From: Hypanus sabinus
Lineage: Eukaryota
NCBI RefSeq assembly: GCF_030144855.1
Contig: NC_082730.1
Coordinates: forward strand, 14,198,001-14,262,000
DNA length: 64,000 nt
Direction: 5' to 3'
Shown here: positions 52,878 to 61,800 of the stretch, piece after piece
Layout of the letters: every line of letters begins with the position of its first letter
Numbering within the stretch: the first letter of the stretch is position 1
Program-made: the position numbers and the translations under genes
Notes under the pieces: generated by a model
What the model saw: only the letters and a program-made list of their open reading frames with translations
Database searches by the model: none
Told to the model about the DNA's origin: nothing

Positions 52878-55800
52878 GTGAGATATACCGTGGATATTGC
52901 CCTTCAAACATTGCCGTCCAGCGATACCCAGATTTAGCCCTAGACTAATCATGAGACAATTTATAGTGATCAATTAATCTACCAACTGGTAGGTCTTTGG
53001 ACAGTGTAACAAAACTGTAAATTAAATTCCAGTTGAAGTCAATCTTCCTTAATGTATCAGGAGTATTTGAAGGCACTGGGCCTGTACTCGTTGATGTTTA
53101 GAAGAATGAGGGTGGATCTCGTGGAAAGCTATCGAGCATTGCAAAGCCCAATGAATGTGGAGAGGAGTTTTCCTACAGTGTGAGCATCTAGTACTAGAGG
53201 GCACACAGAATCGAAGGATGTCCTTGAACAGAGAGATGAGAGGAAATTTCATGTAAAAGTTGGTGAATCTGTGAAATGCATTGCCACAGCTTGCTGTGGA
53301 GGCCAAATCATTGGGTATTCTTAAAGCAGAGGGTGATTCTTAAGGGCATCAAAGGTTACAAAGAGAAGGCAGGAGAATAGATAAAGATGGATAATAAAGC
53401 AGCCATGACTGAATGGTGGAGCAGACCCAATGGACAGATTGGCCTAATTCAGCTCCTGTATCTTATGGCCTATGATCTTTCTAGTTCTCCAGTCACATAT
53501 GATTTCTTATTGGCTTCATATTGATATCAGTACTCATGGGTCCCCTTGCTGCTTTCAGTCGCTGAAACCAATAACAATTATACTCTTGTCCCAAAAGTCA
53601 CCATTCATTTTGTACATATCTGACAATATCCTACTTTTACATGATGGGGAGTTTTCCAGGACACACACAAATGTTGCTATTCCAACGTCAAACAGTTAGG
53701 TGACACTCTGGACTGTCTCCTTATGCTGAGAGAGATTGTAACTCTGATTTTCACACTGACACATACTCAGTGTCATCACTGCTGTCCTGATCTGGAGTCC
53801 TGCAGACACGGTAGTTCAGGCAGATGCGATGATGCAGAGACACAGAGAGGTAAATGAGCTGCTGAGATTCCAAACTGGTTGCTCCTGATCGAGATACAAA
53901 ACTACTGCAATCCTTAGTGTGTTTGCTTTTCAGATGTTCACTGATTCTCTTCCACAGAGCCCCCGTCTGTTCCTTTCCTTCAACTGTCACCAGCAACAAA
54001 TGGCTCAAGTTGTGGGGACTCCATATCAGTGTCCTGTGAGTCTGTCCATGGATCCCTTCCCATTCAGTACTTATGGTATAAAAAGAACACATCTGTGGAT
54101 TCAAAGATCTCTGATACCAATGAACTGGATCTACATTGTCAATCCTTAAAATACATAAACTATCTGTATTATTGCAAAGCTTCAAACAGACAAGGAGAAA
54201 TATCCAGTGACATGGTCAGTGTGTCCATCTCCAACAGTGTCAGCACCTGCAGAAATGTGATTGAAGTCAACAGCACAGGTAAGTGGTGCAGGGTTTGATT
54301 CTTTATGATGTTTGATGGAGTACTACTGAATGATTGATGTGTACTGGATATTGTGTCGTTGGAACCACTCAAGAGCATAGACTGTATGTTGTCACTACCT
54401 TTCAGAGAATGAAAAGCCTTTTGGTACAGCAGTTCAAACGTGAGTTTCTCAGCACAGGGTCTCCTGTCTCTGATCTGCTCTCACATGCTGGGTGTGAATA
54501 TGTTGCATCTGGCAATATTTCTGGCCATTTATTAAGATAGTCCTTCTGAGATAAACTACTTCAAAGTTTGAAGTAAATTTATTATCAAAGTACATATTTG
54601 TCACCACATACTACCCTGAGATCCATTTTCTTGCAGGCATTCAGAATAGATACAAATAAATAAAACAGAATCAATGAAAAACCACACACCATCAAAAATG
54701 TACGAACAGCCTTTGTCAAAAAGAAGAAAAACGGTGATCAGAGGGTATATTGAAAGGTAGAAAGTCAGTGTTCACCAATAACATCAGAATGGTGATTGGA
54801 AAACTGATGTGATTGAAAACCAATAAATCTTCAGGTTATGATACTCTACATCACAGAGAATGTGAGGAATTTTCACGAAAAATAATAGATGCACTGCTGG
54901 CCATTTTTAATTCCATTGAATTGGAGAGAAGCTAACCATTCTATTTTAAAAAGGAGGTAGAGAGAAAAGAGGAAATTATAGAACAATTGGCCTGACATTG
55001 GTATAAGGAAATGTGGTGAAGAAGCACAATAGAAAAAAAATCAATGTATTGAGTTGGTCTTGTGTTTTTTGTGCACAATATAAATTCCTCCATTTCAGTC
55101 TGTTAGTTATCCTCTATTTGTTTTAATTAATCTTCTCTCACATACCAACTGAAGTTTTCAGGGAGGTATATATGAAACATCCTGGTTTCCTTGGCTGCAT
55201 AAATCTTGGAAAGACAACCTCCGGCCCCGGCAAAATCATGAGATTGAGGTGCACTTGATCCCACCCCAAACCCCGGTTTGTGTGGATTCTGTGCCATTTA
55301 CTACCCTGTTACAAATCTATGCCACGAAATAACAGACAGTACACTGCATACGATTAAAGGAATTATGTTTATGAATCTTAACTAAAGGGTTAGTGAAGAA
55401 TAACAAAAACAAAAGGGCCCATTCTAATTAAACAATCAGATGTGTACAAGTTGGAGCTCACCTTTTACTTCACCTTCACTCACGCGCTGGGCCCTCGGTC
55501 AACGTGAAAGCTCACACCACCTTCCAAATGTCGCTCACAATCCATCTCAAACAGTCTCCCACCGGATCGTATGCTACGACTGGTTCTCCCCAGCGTCTTC
55601 CCTCCTCATCTCCTCTCCAACAAAAAAAGCCCCAAACCCAACCTTAGTGTCCCTCACCAGATAAACCTCCCTTTCAACACGACCATCCTAATTGGATGGC
55701 ACAGGTTTCACCTCATCTCTTATCTTGAACAATAACCTAAATATAAGCTGAAAAGAAGCAGCTCCCACAGAACAGCAGAAAATGAAATACAAACAGATAA

Positions 55801-58800
55801 CAGTAAAAAATATGAAACAGGTCTTTACATATATATTCCTAGCAACTTTGCTCATGTTCTATATTTTCAATGTTTAAATCGATTGTTTTATTTTGAATTC
55901 TATACTACTTCTAATACTCAGCTTTGCTGCTTTTACTGAACACGACACACTTCCTTGGATTTAGTAGATTCACAAATTTCTTTTCAAAGTCATGCTTGAT
56001 GGTGGGCCTTTCCCTTATGATTACGCATGCTTAAATAGGATTACGGTTCCCTCATTCCAAGTCCTTCCACTTCCCCAGCAGTATCTTCACACCTCCGGCA
56101 CCTGCACATGGGAAGGAATCCAAATATAAACGTAATTGGGTGCACAATTAGCGTAACATTATTACTCTGCCAGCGATCAGTGATCAGGGTCCAATTCCCT
56201 CCACTGTTTGCAAGCATTGATCCACCATGATCAAGTACCTATTGGTCTAACATTTGTGCATTCTTGCTTTTGCAAAACAAAGCAGATAATATTGGATTTT
56301 ATTTTCTTATAACAGAGCCAATTGATTTCTGTGAAAATACTGTGATAGAAACCACGACAACTGCAAAAGGGGAAGAATCTTCATCAACTAAAATGTAAAG
56401 TATATGTTTCTCTCTATGGGTGATTTCAGATCTACTCCTTCCAAATAGAGCTAGTTGGGAGAGAAATTTGTTTACCTTTAACTGGTTAACTGCAGTGAAA
56501 TAATGTATTGGAAATCATTGTATTCCTGGTTTTCTTGTACAGGTGTCAAGCCTGAGGACAAAGATAGAACATAGAAAACAGAAAATCCTACAACACAGTA
56601 GAGGCCCTTTGACCCACAAAGCTGTGCCAAAAGTGTACTTAGTTTAGAAATAACCTGGTGTTAACCATAGCCCTCTATTTTTCTAAACTTCATGTATGTA
56701 TCCAGGAGTCTTTTGAAGGACCATATTGCATCCGCCTCCACCACCATCACCAGCAGCCCATTCCATGCACTCACCACTCTCTGCCTAAAAAATTTACCCC
56801 TGACATTTCCTCTATTCCTACTTCCAAGCTCTTTAAAACTGTTTTTTCCTTGTGTTAGTCATTTCATGCCTGGGAAAAAGCCTCTGACTATCTACACATT
56901 CAATGCCTTTCATCATCTCATACACCTCTATCAGGTCACCTCAAATCTTAGACTGCTGCAAGGAGAAAAGGCTGAGTTCACTCAACCTATTCTCATAAGA
57001 CAAGCTCACCAATCCAGGTACTATCCTTGTAAATCTCCTGTGAACCTTTTCTATAGTTTCCATGTCCTTCCTGTAGTGAGGTGACCAGAACTGAGCACAG
57101 TACTCCAAATGGTGTCTAACCAGTGTCCTATGTAGCTGTAACGTTATCGCTCAGCTCTTGAACTCAATCCCATGGTTGATGAAGGCTAATACATCGTATG
57201 CCTTCTTAACCAATCTATGCAGTCAATCTGTGCAGCAACTTTGAGTGTCTTATGGACTTGGACACTAAGATCCCTCTGGTCCTCCACCTCACATTTACCT
57301 GGGTTGAACTCTATCTTCCATTTCTCAGCCCAGTTTTCATCCTATCAATGTCTCGCTGTAACCTCTGACAGCCCTCCGCCCTATCCACAACACCCCCAAA
57401 CTTTGTGTCATCAACAAATTACTAATCTATCTTTTCACTTCCTCATTCAGGTCACTTAAAAAAATCATGCACAGAAGGGATCCCAGAACAGATCCCTGAG
57501 GCACACTACTGGTCACCAGCCTCCATGCAGAATATGACCCATCTACAACCACTCTTTGCCTTCCGTGTGCAAGCCATTTCTGGATCTGCAAAGCAATGTC
57601 CCCTTGGACCCCGTTCCTCCTTACTTTCTCAATAAGCCTTGCATGGGGAACCTAATCAAATGCATTACTGAAATCCATATACACTACATCTACTGCTCTG
57701 ACTTCGTCAATGTGCTTAGTCATATCCTCAAAAAATTCAATTAGGCTCGTAAGGCACAGCCTGCCTTTGACAAAGCTATGCTGACTATTCCTAATCATAT
57801 TACGCCTATCCAAATGATCATAAATCTTGACTCTCAGGATCTTCTCCATTAATTTACCAACCACTGAAGTAAGACTCGCTGGTCTATAATTTCCTGGGCT
57901 ATCTCTACTTTCTTTCTTGAATAGGGGAATAACATCTGCAACTCTCCAATCCTCTGGAATGTTCCTGTTCCCATTGATGATGCAAAGATCATTGCCAGAG
58001 GCTCAGCAATGTCCTCCCTCGCTTCCCACAGTAGCCTGGGTTATATCTCGTCCAGTCCCGGTAGCTTATCCAACTTGGAGCTTTTCAGAAGTTCCAGCAC
58101 ATTCTCTTCCTTAATGTCTATATGCTTAAGCTTTTCAGTCCTCTGTAAGTTATTCCTACAATCACCAAGTCCTTTTCCATCATAAATACTGAAACAAATT
58201 ATTCATTAATTGACACTGCTACCTTCTCTGGTTTCATACACACATTTCCACTATCACACTTGATTGGTCCAATTCTCTCATGTCTTATCCTCTTGCTCTT
58301 CAGATACTTGTAGAAAGCCTTGGGGTTTTCCTTAATCCAGGTCACCGCCTTCTCATGGCCCCTTCTGACTCTCTTAAGTTCATTCTTAAGCTCCTTCCTG
58401 CTGGCCTTATAATTTTCTAGATCTCTATCACTACCTAGGTTTTTGAACCATTTGTAAGCTTTTCTTTTCTTCTTGGCTAGATTTTCAACTGCCTTTGTAT
58501 ACCACAGTTCCTGTACCCTACCATCCTTTCCCTGTCTCATTGGAACATACCTGTGCAGAATGTCACACAAATATCCCCTGAACATTTGCCACATTTCTGC
58601 TGTACATTTCCCTGAGAACATCTGCTCCCAATTTATGCTTCCAAGTTCCAGTCTGATGGCTTCATATTTCCCCTTACTCCAATTAACCACATTTCTAACA
58701 GACTGGGAGACCGTTTCGCTGAACACCTACGTTCTGTCCAGCAGAGAAAGCAGGATCTCCCAGTGGCCACACATTTTAATTCCATGTCCCATTCCCATTC

Positions 58801-61800
58801 TGATATGTCTATCCATGGCCTCCTCTACTGTCAAAATGAATCCAAACTCAGGTTGGAGGAACAACACCTTATAAACCGGCTGGGTAGCCTCCAACCTGAT
58901 GGCATGAACATTGACTTCTCTAACTTCCATTAACACCCCTCCCCTTCTTACTCCATCCCTGACAAATTTAGTTTTTTTTCTTTCTTGCCCATCACTCTGC
59001 CTGTTCTCCATCTCCCTCTGGTGCTCCCTTTCCCCCTTTCTTTCTCCGTAGGCCTCCCATCCCATGATCCTTTCCCTTCTCTAGCTCTGTATCCCTTTTA
59101 CCAATCACCTGTCTGGTTCTCTGCTTCACCCCACCCCCTCCAGTCTTCTCCTATCATTTCACATTTTCCCCTCCCCCTCCTACTTTCAAATTTCTTACTA
59201 TCTTTCCTTTCAGTTAGTCCTGACGAAGGGTCTCGGCCTGAAATGTTGACATCGCTTCTCCCTATAGATGCTGCTTGGCCTGCTGCGTTCCACCACCATT
59301 TTGTGTGTTGCTTGAATTTCCAGCATCTTCAGATTTCCTCGTGTTTGACATTCCTAACCTGTCTGTTCCTATCCCTCTCCAATGCTATGGAAAAGGAGAT
59401 AGAATTATGATCACTATCTTCAAAATGCTCTCCCTCTGAGAGATCTGACACCTGACCAGGTTCATTTCCTAATGCCAGATCAAGTACAGCCTCTCCCATT
59501 GTGGACTTACCTGCACATTGTGTCAGACAACTTTCCTGAACACACGTAACAAACTTCACCGCATCTAAAATGCTTGCTCCAGGGAGATGCTGATCAATAT
59601 TTAGAAAAGTTAAATCTCCCACCACGGCACCCTGTTATACTACACCGTTCCAGAATCTCTCTCCCTATCCACTCCTCAATGTCCCTGTTACTATTGAGTG
59701 TTCTATAAAAAACACCCAATACAGTTATTGTCCCCTTCCTGTTTCTAACTTCCACCCACAGCAACTCAGTGGACAATCCATTCTTGACTTCTTACTTTTC
59801 TGCAGCCGTGACACTATCTCTAATCAGCAGTGCCAAACTCCCACCTCTTTTGCCTCCCTCCCTGATCTTTCTGAAATATCTAAAGTCTGGCACTCTAAGT
59901 AACCATTCTTGCCCCTGAGCCTTCCAATTCTCTGTAATGGCCAGAATATCATATCTCCAAGTACTGATGCATGCACTAAGCTCATCCTCTTTGTTCATAA
60001 TACTCCTTGTGGTAAAATAGACACATCTCAAACCATTGGTCTGAGTGCACCCCTTCTCTATCACCTGCTTATCCTCCCTTTCAAACTGTCTACAAGCTTT
60101 TTCTATTTGTGAGCCAACCTCCCCTTCCTCGTTCTCTTCAATTTGGTTCCCACCCCCAGCAATTCTAGTTTAAACTCTCCCAAACAGCCCCAGCAAACCT
60201 CCCTTCCAGGATGTTGGTCCCCCTCACATTCAAGTGCAGCTCGTACTTTTTGTACAGGTCACGCCTGCCTGAAAAGAGGTCCCAATGATCCAGAAATCTG
60301 AATCCCTGCCTTCTGCTCCAATCACTCAGCCATGCATTTATCCTCCACCTCTCTCTATTCCTACATCCCGAGATGACTACCTTTGAGGTCCTGCTTCTCA
60401 GTTTCTTTCCTATGTCTCTATAGTCTGTTTTCAGTACTTCCTCCCTTTTCCTACCTATGTCTTTGGTACCAATATGTACTACAACCTCTGGCTGTTCAGC
60501 TTCCCACTTCAGGATATCGTGGACGTGACCAGAAACATCCCAGACCCTGGCACCTGGGAGGCAAACTATCATCCGTGTTTCTTTCCTGCATCCACAGAAT
60601 CGCCTATCTGCTCTCCTAACTGTAGAGTCCCTTATCACTGATGCCATCCTCTTCCTTTTCCAACCCTTCTGAGCCACAGGGCCAGTTTCTGTGCCAGTGG
60701 TGCAGCCACTGTTGCTCCCGCAACAGTACTCAAACAGAAGTACTTATTGTTAAGGGGGGCAGCCATAGGGGTACCCTCTAGTATCTGACTCTTGCCCTTT
60801 CCTCTCCTGACTGTTACCCACTTATCTGTCTCCTGAGGCCCCGGTGTGTCTACTTGCCTATAGCTCCTCTTTATCACCTCCTCACTTTACCTAACTAGAC
60901 ACAGATCATTGAGGTGCATCTCCAGTTCCCTAATCTGGTCCCTAAGGAGCTGCAGCTTGACGCACCTGGTGAGCATGTGGCCATCCGGGAGGCTGGGAGT
61001 ATTCCACATCTGACACCCAGTACAGAACACTGACATCACAGTCATACCTCCTATTCCTATTTATCACAAGTAACTTACCTGCTCCCAACCCACTATTTAC
61101 GATGCCCCATTGAGCCAAAGCCCTCCTACTCTGACTCCCTCTACACCACCCGCTCCTCTGGCGCACGCTCTATAAAGGTGTCTTCTTTTTAAATTCTTCC
61201 CACCGGTCTAACTTGCTGGTACCCATGCACCTGCAGTCGTGCCTCGATCAAACCGCTGAAAAAAAAACTCTCTTCTACCCGCTGGTCTAACTCGCTGATG
61301 TCTACGTACCTGTGCAGTCATGTCTTGATTAAAAAAAGATAATTTTCTTACCCAAGATAATAAATAATTTAAGTTATGCAGTTGAAGCTCATATTCTGAG
61401 TTATAAAGTCATTGTTATATATTAGAAAAACAAGCCCCTCAGCCTGACTCATCCCAATCAAACAAGAGTCCTGACAGCCACGAAATAAAGAAAACCATGG
61501 AGGCCTTTCAAAGAATCGATATGGCTACCTGGTCAGCAATGCTGTCCGTCAGAGGTGAAGCCACCAATCAATCTTCCAATGCAACAGTTCTGATGAAATG
61601 TTTGAAAAGAACATGGGAGGGTTCCCAGGTGGCTTGGACAATAGTTACTCTTCAACCAACATCACTATCATTGGCCATGATCACGTTTCTACTTGGAGAC
61701 TTTGCTGTGAGCAGATTGGCTTTATCAAGTTCCCACACTGTCAACAGGGTCTAATGTTCATTTTCTGAGCTGCAGACATCCTGAGCTCATGAAAGATGCT

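Larger units (their letters stand above)
41453..54044 (+). repeat. Intragenic tandem duplication: about 41453-46899 vs about 48023-54044
   Basis: Shared Tc1 remnant, C2A exon, V exon, the entire post-V intron and the start of C2B. Confidence 0.92.
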
